Below are positions 38,201 through 49,900 of a stretch of 57,467 nt of DNA, piece by piece. The stretch comes from Priapulus caudatus (taxonomy: Eukaryota). Position numbers and translations under genes: made by a program. The notes below the pieces were generated by a model. That model was given only the letters and a program-made list of their open reading frames with translations. It ran no database searches and was not told the origin of the DNA. The first letter of the stretch is position 1; each line of letters begins with the position of its first letter. The stretch covers positions 900,553 through 958,019 of the forward strand of contig NW_014577067.1 in the NCBI RefSeq assembly GCF_000485595.1, in the 5' to 3' direction.

Positions 38201-41200
38201 ATGCGGAATCCTCGAGGTCAAATGTCAGCAATGGCGGCGACGAAGCCATGATATCCCTCATTCTGTTCACAGCTCTGTTCAAGGCCAACTCGCTCGACCT
38301 TGTCGTCACTGGGGCATCACCTTTTGCGTGCAAAACAAGACAATGTGTGGCAACGCTTGAAACATCGCTCCATGAACTAACCACAGGTACAGCACGCCTC
38401 AGAAACTGCGATGAAACCTGGCTATTTTCATGACAAATACACGGTCATAAAAGATTCAAGTTTGTTAGCATGCGTGCTTGAACTTTTTACGAACGACTGG
38501 CTTTCAAATACACACGCATGTTGACAAGTTTGTTAGCATGCGTGCTTGAACTTTTTACGAATGACTGGCTTTCAAATACACAGGCATGTTGACATTAAGA
38601 CGTGAGTCTAAAGTCAAAAAGCCATCTAACAAGATCATTCATAATTGCAGCACTTACTATAAATATTACTATAGACAACAAAACAAATCTAGTTAGCCTT
38701 GGTTTACTACTCCATAAAGAACACGATGAAAAACCTGTGACTTCTTCTTTTTCGCATGGAGCTTCCTGTACAGGTGGCTTTTCGCCGCTTCTTGTCTGCA
38801 CAGCTTCAATGTCCGTCTTGCGTACTGGAGAAGCGCGTTTCTTGAGAGGCTTGCCCTTCCACCGGCCCTTCTTGCCCTTCACTGGCGTGCCCGCGGGACT
38901 CAGAGTCGGTTGAATGAACACTATGCTCCCGTTTGGTACCCCTCTCCTGCTCAGCGCATCTCCGGACGCGTTCCTTGCAACCGCTGCAGGCCTGAGAGGC
39001 GACATCTCGTGTCTAGCGTGTACGTCCGCGCATACGGTGATGTGTCCGGGACTTCCGCAGACGTTGCCAACCGGCATGGGCGTGCTCGTGAGAAACTTCG
39101 CCGGGCGGAAACCAAGCGCATCGAAGCGTGGCAGTCGAACTAGTTTCGAGACATCCTCTCTCGGTTTCCCTGCATTTCGCGCGAGGCCCACTGTGGCGTT
39201 TTCGGGAGAAGCATCGTGCGTGGTGTTTTTTCCCCGATCGGTCGGTTGTGGGTTGTCGCCGTCGAGTTTTTTACGTCTGCCGATGACGCGGCGAGTGGTA
39301 ACCGCTAGTGAAGCAGGTACATCCTGCATAGCAGCTTCATTTGGTCCTGTGTTGGGTAGAGTGGAGGGCTCGTAGCTTTCTGATGCACAAGAGAGGGAGG
39401 GTGAAGAATCTTTTGGGGCCTCTTTTAATTCGTCTTTGCCAACTACTCTTCTGGACCTAAGCTTGCGTGTCGGGAGCAACGAAGAGGCATCTCCCGCAAT
39501 ATCTACTTTGTCCTGCTGTTCCTGCTCTCTGCCATCTCTTCTAACTTTGGGTTGAATGTTACGTGCCTTCCCTGGCCGATCTTGGTTTTCTTTTTGCCCT
39601 TTTTCCTTCACCGCCTGTGTCATTCGAGTCGGTATTGATTCCAGTCTATGTGATGTAACCAGATTAGGTTTCACGGCTATGTCCAACAACCTTCCGTCTA
39701 GCGACTCTGGACTGTCAATGACATCATCTGCTAATTCTGTAACAGGAGAGAAAGTAGTCTCCGTAACAGGAAAGGGCATTTGTTTCAATGACATTTCTGT
39801 CTCAATGTTCAGCTCCGAAGCGTTGATTTCGTCAAAGTCGTAACTGCAGAACGGCATCGAAGTCTGACCTCTCGCTCCTTCCGATCGCATTTGCTCGTGT
39901 GCTGGCTTTGTCTTCTTGCGGACCCGTGACGTTACTTGCTGCGGCTTTCGTCTTGCTGACTTTGATCGCTGCGACTTCGACATCATGCTGGCAGTCTCCT
40001 TAGCTGGTTTATTCTCTTGCTCTTCTAATTGTGTACTTGCTGCACAGCTACCAAGCTTGTCTTCAGTCAGCTTCAACTCTCGTAGTTTCTTAATACCTCT
40101 CGTGCTTCTAACAGTCACTCTCGCATCTGTCTTGATAATCTTCTCTTCCTTAACAGAAGGGTCTCTTTCACGATGAATTTCAGGAACATCTTCTTGATTG
40201 CTGCATTGCGTAGACTGGCTACTGGCATCGACTGTATCCTGTGAAATGATCAGGCTTTCGGTGACTTCAGAGAAACTAACCCTCGATGAAAGTTTAGGTT
40301 GCTTTGCCTTTGTTTCACTGTTTAGAAAAAAATAATATTAAATAACTGCATGCTTATATAGGTTTTAAATGACTGTTACTTGTACATGACAATATTTCGA
40401 GCTACTGCATTGTGAAGACCACTAATGACTATGAAAACATTTTTTAAATGAAATTACATAAATATTAAGTGCTACTAAATACTTAAAGATGGACATGGTC
40501 TGGGTTAGCTGCAGTATGAACGACCCAAGATAATTAAGCCATTCCAATTTAAGAGTATAAAAACATATTATTGACTGATATCTATTGCTGGTTTTAACAG
40601 TAGAAAAAAAAAAATCTGACTTATATCACATTCTAGTTTTGCCGAGGGGAAATGAAGTCAGGGATATTGTACATCATAAATATTATATGATCCAATCAGG
40701 GGGTATGACAAGCAACCCTTATGTATGAACATTAATACCTGTACCTTAAAACCAGTATTCCAGGTGGCATAATAGTTGTTTGCGACACCACAATCGGAGG
40801 CGCAAGTTTAACATTGTTTCCTGGTGTGTAGGTCTTTCGGGTTTTCCATACATCTTCAGACGCCGTATCATTGTTGGAGTTTGCTGATTTTTTACCCTTG
40901 TATTTCTTCCTACCTGTATTCTCTTTGAAATCATCTGAAATTTTAAGGAATATGTGTTTTATGTAAAGAAAGTAAATGAAAAAAAAACACTAAAAGAAAA
41001 CATTGGTAGACAATATGCAACCAAAAATCTGTCTAAGTAAATTGTAAAAATTAATTAATTCAAGTGTGTAAGTGTGTAAGAAAGCCCATAGTTCACGTAC
41101 TTTGTACCTATGAGTTTTTTGCATCTTCACTGATGGCAAGCAGCTTGCAAGCCCATGATCTCACTTTTACCAATGTGCCGCAATTAAATCAATAATAATA

Positions 41201-42700
41201 ATACAAAAATAATAACAATGTTATCACTATTTTGTGGGTGAATGCATACGTGTGTTTATATGCACTGGTGGAAAAATATCTGCTCTACCAATGACGTCTT
41301 GTCCTGTACCCCTTGATTGCACATCCGGCTTGTCATTTTGCAAGGAGGATACTGAAGGCACAAGTGGTTTATATGCTTGTCTGTAGGACAGCAATTTATT
41401 GGTCACTTCACCGGTCACATCGCTGCTGTTATCACTGCTGTCATCATAGCTAAAGTTGTTGGACTGCAAGGGACGCGATGACAGAGCCGCTTTATTCCTA
41501 ATTGGTGGTTTCTTCGACGTAGCAACTTTTTCTCCACTGCAAACATGAAAAAGGTTTTAGTATCTCTATTGTATAGATATGTTCATATATACGCAATGAC
41601 CACATACACACTCACATGTAGTGATTATCATCGATCAGCGATCAGTTTGTACAGCCGATGATCGAATGATCATACGTCATAATGATTCATGGATTAAATC
41701 ATCAATTACTGATCACTATGCACAGCTAATGCACACTTAATTGTCATGAATGGTAATGCCTATAATGGATTATCATCAACCATCGATCAGTTTGCCGCAA
41801 GTTTGCGCAACCGATCACGATTGAATGATTGATCACGGATTATCATACAATGAAATCATGATAATGGAATTTAAGATAACCACGCAATCACTGATGAATC
41901 ACCCAATCAGGCATAAGAGTCAGTCCGTTCTATCAGTATCACTATCAGTATTGCTGATAGGGTCTATGTCCCCCAGGGTACTGCCGGAACGTATACGGTC
42001 CGGTATACCGGAACGTACCCTGGGACTAAATACTACTATCTAATATGCCGGACCGTACCTCGCCAGGCTCGCCTACTCCACTAACGAGTCTAGGGAGTCC
42101 CCTACGCCTACTCCCTAACCCTAACCATATCAGCTAGATAGTTACCAGGGTACGTTCCGGTATACCGGACGGCGGACCGTACCCAGGGTACGTTCCAGCA
42201 GTACCCTGGGAGACATAGACCCTATGGCGGTACAAGTAGCGTTTACACACCCATGTCGTGAGTTTGGTTAGGGTTAGGGTTAGGGGTTTTAAACCTGGGG
42301 TTGTCAAATAGGAATGCCCCCTATGGATATGAGTATATGAGCATCAGTATCAGTATCAATATTATTGACAATAATGCACTAGTTTGTATTCATAATCATA
42401 GCGTTTGTGCCGAATAGTAATTGGCACAAACAGCTATATAAGTTACGTATCAGTATAATTCCTACTGACACTGTACGTGGTGAATAGCAGAACTTACTGG
42501 CTGGCGATTGTTGGTTGAGGTAGTGCCTTTGGTAATTTTTCGGCCTCCCACATTTGTCGCAGCTTGCGCCTGATCTGGTCAGGGCGGAGGAAGGGGTATT
42601 TCCGTACCAATGCATTTCTGTTTTGATTCACGTATGTGGCATACTGATGGCGATGCCCCTTGACCTTGTTGTGTGGTACCTTTTTAGAATTACCTGTCAT
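35289..42700 (-). CDS. Uncharacterised ~1000-aa protein, largely low-complexity and basic/Ser-Pro rich, with an N-terminal HMG-box-like segment
   Basis: Phase-compatible exons (minus): ~42700-42498, 41536-41289, 40934-40739 (or 40745), 40317-38658 (3' end ambiguous), 38417 (or 38405)-38175, 37879-37673, 36427-36353 (tentative), 35743-35592, 35349-35289 (TAG). Includes the 507-aa ORF. The start could instead be an ATG|GTAAG exon near 42886. Confidence 0.75.
35773..36097. mobile_element. Helentron-associated non-autonomous element
   Basis: Subterminal aacctccgcca, (CAAA)n tract, 3' hairpin acctccttggcggaggt. Confidence 0.7.
36586..37500. mobile_element. HINE/DINE-like dispersed repeat, copy 2
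   Basis: Collinear with 10858-11900. Confidence 0.7.
38457..38594. repeat. Intronic 68-bp tandem duplication (2 copies)
   Basis: caagtttgttagcatgcgtgcttgaac... at 38457 and 38525. Confidence 0.9.
41959..42223. mobile_element. MITE with AGGGTCTATGTCCCCC TIRs and internal CCCTAA repeats
   Basis: TIRs of ~35 bp; sibling at 54696-54925; TSD not resolvable. Confidence 0.85.
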
Positions 42701-43522
42701 TGTATATCAGTATCACTTCACTCACACAATGGTTTGTAAGATAAGATAAGATAAGTTTGTAACTTACAAATTGGGAAATGTTTCTAAATACAGCGTCGCA
42801 ATATAATGTATATTTGCATAGATATTTGCCGTATCATATTTGGAAATAGAAATCGTATTCCCGCCATTTCAAAGCGCCCTCTTACCATAATAACAAACAC
42901 AAGAGCAGTACACAGAAAATGGCTTTACCCTTGTATCTTCGTCGTGCTCATGAGTTCTTTCAGCACTCCCTACTACAATTTATAACCTTAATACTTATTT
43001 TGGCTATAACAAGTACGTTACTCTTTTATAGAAGTGTTTAGTACTTGTTGTTGGTTTATTTAAGTTCTCCTTATTTTCTTAATCTTGTTAGAATCAATTA
43101 TTTAATGCATCTGATTTACAAGTGTCATTGGGTATTTAAAGTTAAACTGTCATGACAGTAGGCTCTGTCACTGTCAGTACGTGTCACTAAGACTAAAAGT
43201 TAGAGCGTGTCACATTTGAATTTTGACCCCTGTACTGTAGGTGGTATGCTTCAAATGTAGATCAGCAAAATCGAGGTAAGAATGAGGTCTGTTCATGTGT
43301 TATACTGATTTAGCAAATGTGTTATACGTGACATAGCATATGATTATGAATGTATTTAATAATAATATAATTTATTAATTTAGGCAGGTAAGCATGTAAA
43401 TTACAATTTTACATATATGCAATAATGCATGACCAGCCTCAGGACAGTGCCAGTGGGTTGAAATACCTACGGAAGTAATACTGAGTGGCCACAGTTCTTT
43501 TCACAAAAGGTAGTGTCAAGGT

Positions 43523-44050
43523 AGTGTCTAAACGACCGGACCCGGTTTCGGAGGCCTGATAACTAAACAACCAGCTCTCTTCTCTGATTGGTCAGTTTCC
43601 GAACATAACACTACCAGGACAAATATATAATAGGACAATTTTTAATGCAAAACATAAAGAAATATATTTAATTCCAAACATAAACAAAAGTTACAGAACA
43701 ATTAAATAAATGAATACGGAATAAATAAATGCAGAAACAAATAAAATTCAAAGAAATACAGAAAGCAGAGGAAAATAAAAACATCTTATGGGGTTCGAAC
43801 ACGGTACCTTACTATCACGAAGTGAAAGCTCTACCGTTGAGCCACTGAAACAACTTCAAAGTTAGAGCTTTAGACCCTAACCCTAACCCAAACCCTAACC
43901 CTAACCCTAACCCTATCCCTAATTCTAAAATAAAATAAAATTAGCCAAAAATAATAAAAAATGAAATAGTGACAAAATTAGCCAATCAGAGAAGAGAGCT
44001 AGTTGTTTAGTTTTCAGGATACCGAAACCGGATCCGGTTGTTTAGACACT
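43523..44050. mobile_element. TIR element (~70-bp TIRs) carrying a tRNA-like remnant and (CCCTAA)n
   Basis: agtgtctaaacgaccggacccggtttcgg... pairs with ...ccgaaaccggatccggttgtttagacact. Confidence 0.8.
43789..43845 (-). pseudogene. tRNA-derived remnant (A box and B box), not an intact tRNA
   Basis: Minus strand GTGGCTCAACGGTAGAGC...GTTCGAACCCC; the anticodon and acceptor stems do not pair well. Confidence 0.55.
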
Positions 44051-45385
44051 TAAATATTCCTTCACAAAATTCTGAATGCCCTCTATGAAGGCTGATAGCA
44101 CCAATTTACTGTCTATACCATTTGGCATTTGGGATAAAAATGGGATATTTTGCTAAAATACGCTGAAATACGCGAGCGTCGCGATGGTGAGAAACAGTCC
44201 GAAACGGCCGAGTAGCGTCGCTTAAACGGAGTTTTTTTCCACACTTTCTATGAACTAACATAATGTTTCTTGGTAAAAATGAATAAACAACACCCTGAAC
44301 AACACCCCTGTCGATTTTAAAGGGCCATTCCCCCACATTGACGAAAATGACATAGGTGACAATCTGACTATGCTCTCCATCCTTGAACCGACTGTAGAAT
44401 GGCTGATTGCTTAAAGAGATAGTAGACTCTACAATTTTACTGCATACAACTGTACTTACTGTATAACAAATCGTCTACACCCACACGTATTTGTTACCAG
44501 ATACCTAATTTAATTGTTATAATTAATTACACATCAACGCTACGAAATTTGAACGGCGCCATGACACCCGCGACCGTGCTGCCACCCCGAAAAAGTTGCG
44601 TTACAGACCGAGGGCTAATCACAAAAGTGCAATTATATTTATACCTAAATGCTATTTAACCAAACGATATTTATTTTAGGGCAAATTTATCCATATTATA
44701 ACTGAAACTATACGTCGTTTATAAGAGATTACAATCCTTTTGCTTTTAAATGAATAAATAAGAAACACCCTGATCGGGTCTGTTAGCCCTGTGGCTGAAA
44801 GTGTCGTTTGCAGCAACGACTCATAGTTCTGTCGTGGTGTTAGCCAGTCAAACTTATCCGAGAAGTGCGTTATGTTCTTATAAAACATTTTTTTCAATAA
44901 TATGTTCTAATGGTGATTGAACATGAAACTTTTATCTGTAGGCTGTAATCTTTAACTTGCCCTCATATTTTATACTGAAAACTAGACTCTAGAACCCTCA
45001 TGTGAGTGAAACAGACTCTCCTTTTTAACATTGGTAGTTATTACGGACCACACATATAGTCTGTTGTTGATTGTCAATGAATGTACGATGGACCGTTTGC
45101 AGGAGTACCAGCTCCGATTCCTGAGTTTGCTATCTAACACTTTCCCCATTTTGATATCTTGTGAGATAAGATTAGGCCAAAACAAAATATAGTGATGGTT
45201 AACCGTTTCATGCCGAACATTCATAAAATTCTCAAGCCCTGTCGCTTAAGCGGTACTAGGTCAGTAGGACCAAACCACACATTCTCTTAGTTGTTAATTG
45301 AAACACTTTTATTACGAACCATGTCCGAAGGATGTGCGTGTGTTGCTTTTGAAATTATTTTATATGTTTTTTATTTACTTTTATA

Positions 45386-46179
45386 AGCCTCACAATTGCG
45401 ACATCCAAATGCTATTTTCTACAGTTATAGACCTAGCAAATAGTCGTGGGGCATGAATAATCACACTACTTATGACAAGATAAACCCTCTAGTGCCTCCC
45501 AGTTTCAACTGGCGCGGTTGTTTATATAAAGGTGATTTGAAAATATCTCACTGTTGTTTCCAAATTCGTCTCGATTGGTTGTTCGACACCGTTGCGTTGG
45601 CTCTGGCAGCGCAGACGTCAGGGGGTGGTAGCAACGATTTCTAGAGCCCGTGTGGCGTGTTTTCGCGATTGCACGCGTGCGTAGCTCGCAATGTTTCGGC
45701 GCTCGTTAGCGGACTATCACGCCATAAAATCAAATTACGTTATTTTTCACGTTTATTACGCTGCCTATAGAAATACCCTCTCCTTGAATGAGCTCACTTT
45801 GGGATGTGTACATCTATACAGGCAGTGTTCCACAGATTACTACACTATCCTTATGGCACTGTCGCCACTATGCAAAACAGTTTACGCCGGACAAGAATCC
45901 AATTTCCTTGGCCCTCAGAGACAGCCCTGTTAGCAGACATGTGGAGTCACCAAACCAGTTCGATGGCTATGATGTTGAAACAATTTAGCGTTGGCCGCGC
46001 CTGCATACTTACCTGATTTCGCACACTCTTTCTTGTTGGACAGCGCAGTCAAATGGAGGGAACGTAGGAGTTTATTTTGTTCATAAGGTAGCTGTGGATA
46101 ATTTATGCTGCTCACAAAGTAGTTGCTAGTCTAAGTACCTGGGAGACAGTTTACGTTTGGCGTTGCGCATTGTGAGGCT
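45386..46179. mobile_element. Degenerate or noisy longer relative of the TTAA MITE family
   Basis: Both ends align with many indels to the AGCCGCAC TIR; the interior is ~300 bp longer. Confidence 0.65.
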
Positions 46180-46941
46180 TTAAAAGATAATTGACGGATT
46201 AAAGATGTTTTAGGGTCGGTCGGGAAACGGTAACCACACCTATATTTTGTTTTGGCCTTAAAAACGTAATGCATGTACACGTAATTTTTTATCGCATTCT
46301 TATCTTAGGAAATTCTCTGAGGTAGATGTTTTTATGTCTCTGAACACATAGATCATTTATAGAGTCAAGTTTATGCTACTTCTATGGTATAACTGGTTTG
46401 TTGATGGTGAGGAGTGGGGTGGAAGGGGGAAAGGATGTGTGGAGTGGTTGCAGGCAGTGGCGAAGGGACGGGGAGAAGATGGAGAAAATAAGAAGGGAAG
46501 TGGCAAAGTGTTTTGGCGAGGAGAGACAGGTAGGACGTGATATAGAGATTGATAGTGGAGTAGGGGGAGAGGCGAGATACTGAGGGTGGGGTGTCGAGGT
46601 TAAAGGAGGGGGAGAAGGCACATGAAGAAAGTGGAGGAGAGAGGTAGAAGTGACAGAGGGCAGAACAAGGTGTGTGTGCGTGTGTGTGTGCATGCATGCT
46701 TGCGTGCATGTATACACCTGTGTGTGCGAGATGTAATTATACATCCCTAGATTTCATAACTATCACTTGAAAAAATGAAGGTATAATATAGTATAGTTTG
46801 CATAGACATATGCAGAGTAGAATTCTGGTTAAGAACCAGCTATTGTTTATTTAACAGTAAATAAATACTATTGGCATCCAGACTGAGTGGCATCTTAGCA
46901 TAATTTCCCCGCAACTGATTACTTGACAACATTTTAACCAG

Positions 46942-49900
46942 ATGCAGATCATGACGAAGTCTGGCTAGATGGTCCCTCGAGAAATCATGGACGTCTACAA
47001 ATAAGTCATGAGAACGTGCATGGCTATGTGTGTAGTGAAGAGTTTGCTGATAATGAGATACGTATGTGCACATATATGCTATTGTGTTTAGGCTTTACTA
47101 GTTTGCAGAAGCAAAGTTGGCAAGTTTCTTATCTATCAGTAGTATTTTCATTCACTTTCAACAGTTCTTAAACTTGATTGTCAAGATTTATTTCTGGTTT
47201 CACCATTTATATTTATAATAAATGTGAGTCGCGACAGTAAAGATCAAACATCTGATATAGTCAGATTGTTATATGTAATTGATGTCATTTCTCTGTTACA
47301 GGTGTTGTTTGCAAAAATGAACTTGGCTACCCACTGGGTGGGTTTGCGTGGTCATATAATATTGGGGACAAAAACCCGTCTGAAATTCTTGAAGTGGAAC
47401 GGTTGGGCTGCTCCTATTTATCAGGTATGGCTGTGCAAATAAATTTTTACGAGGCCATAATAAAAATATTGTTTGTTTGCACTCACCTGACCGACCTGCC
47501 AAAAAGGGGCCGACTAAAATTTTTTTATTGATCTTTCCCAGTCTTTTTTTTTTCTCACAAATTGGATCACTGTACATTATATAAATCTGTAGGCAATACA
47601 TTATATGTACCAAGCACAATAAACATTCAACATTAAATATATTTTTCCACACAAGCACACCCGAGCATGTAGACACCATGCTGAATTTGTAAAGAGACCC
47701 CCCCTCAAAAAGAAAAGAAAAAAAGCTTACCTACCTACCCAAACCTTTCAGCTAGGGTCGGCTGACGGCAAGCAAAGATCTTTTTAATTGTGGCCTGACT
47801 ATTGAGTAAAAAAGTTGCTGCTGCTTTTTGTTGTTCAAAATGGCATTTGGTGTTATTCTTGCATGGCAGTTATACCATTAAACTACCTCTATAGAACAGT
47901 TTACCTATCTATAAAGTATGAGTGGAAAGATGGGGGTAGCTCATGATACGATCCATATCATGATACACTTTTAACGATACAATACATATCGCAATACTTT
48001 CAGGCGAAACTACCTAGCAAACTATATACACTTCACCGGTTCTGTACCAATCATGTGAATGCTTACAAATCTGTATCGTGGAGTGCTTTTAAAATGAACA
48101 ACTGCTATTGAACATAGCGTGAATTGCGTCTTGTTTTTTTCTGATAAAATTATGCTACCAAATGATATGGATTTTATTCAGTAAAGTATCAATACGTGTA
48201 TCGTAAATACTCAGACATATTTATACATATATTGTCGAGGTTTGTATCATTATACATCAATATATCGATGAATCATCCCACCCCTACTATAAAAGCCACC
48301 TTTGACATTTCGTTTCAGGTTTGAATAGTAACATAACTCGAAAGTAGTCTTATAAACGTGAATATAAGGTATAATGGCATTGCGTTTGCCAACAGGTGGA
48401 CTTGCTGACAAGTTGAGCATGTGCAAGCACAGCGAATGGGGAAACAGCTCGTGTTTGGCATCAGAGGGCGTTGGTCTTACGTGTGCCCGTGAGTGAACAT
48501 TTGGCTATTCACAAGATCACACACTTGCACATAATAGCTGTAGAATGCGATACTATATGCTCTACTGATAACGTGTATATGTTGCTCAGACATTATTAGC
48601 TTGCTCAGACTTCGGTGTGTATAGCATTATTGAAACCTTATTTAACTGAATGTAATGCTGAAAGCTCTGTGGTAGTGGCACACATTGAATAGTTAACCAA
48701 GGGAAGAATCACAAACCTTTCTCAGTTGCCATGATAGTTGAAAAGTTGGTCATTTAGTGAATCGGATGTTATGAGGCGCTGTTCTCTCGCTATCCCTGCA
48801 TTACATTATTGGTTTTATTTGTTCGCTAGCAAACATACATGTTGTACAAGATGATAAACACACACGGCATTGGGAGGTGAAGGATATGCAGCACAAAGCC
48901 AAAGGTTACGTCATGACATACCACAAGGAGCAGTGGCAAACCGTGTGTCTTCCACACGTATACGTCCCAGGTTAGTGCCTGAATCTATTGCTCAATGTTA
49001 TCTGTTCTGTGTTTGAGGATATATAGATGGCACCTCTATTATATGTGATGTGGTTGTCACTTTAGTTATTATCGCTCCGAAGGAAAAAATAAATTCTGAT
49101 CTAAAATACTAATTATATCTTCAGGTGTATTTAATATACTTCCATCTTGATTGATAGTACCAGCATATGCATATATATATATCAATATGTAATGAATACA
49201 TTATTTTTGACATAATCGTAAAAATGCTATTTTAATTATATTTCTCCATCAATCCCCTACCTCTGTCCCAAGCTCTGTCCCACTATTTACATGGGTCTGG
49301 TATACAGCATTATAATGACTTTGACATGATTAATTTTGCAATTAAGACCTGATTAGTGATTACCATGTTGTAATAAGAGCCTTGTCCTGAGCCTTGATTT
49401 TTTCAAAAAGATATTAATTGAATATAAACATTAATTACAAGTATGAAATTGAGATTTTTCTGATGTGCTTAGTACATTGGAGATTAATTGCTGATTAATC
49501 ACTCTGTAGTAGAACCAGCTGAATGCATGTAAAAGTCGCACACCAGGGTTTCTTCTACATAAGAAGCACAGTGGCGCACTGCCGTTGCCATATTTAACAT
49601 CGCTGTTGTGAAAATGTTTCTGTATTTACCCGTCATTGTCAAAATAGTGTCAACCTAAAAATAAATAGATCGATCACCACATGCTTCTGGCATATTTACC
49701 CCACCTGCATCATCCGCATGCATGCCTACGGCACGCCTTTGAATCAATAATGTGCGTTTTTTTCCCAAACTGGCCATTACCTCCTTTGTCTAATTTTCCC
49801 TCAGAAGAAACCCTGCACACTCATGTAGTGTCAATCCTTACAAATAGTTTCTGAGCGATGTTTTGTGTGATTATAAATGGTCAACCGATATGTCTTCTTT

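Noticed and set aside
38602..40176. Plus-strand ORFs overlapping the large exon
   Set aside because: Antisense shadows of the minus-strand coding exon.
40272..40761. Calling the orphan gene KNL1 or Ki-67 from the GIL...RVSF motifs
   Set aside because: No MELT repeats, RWD or FHA domain is visible.
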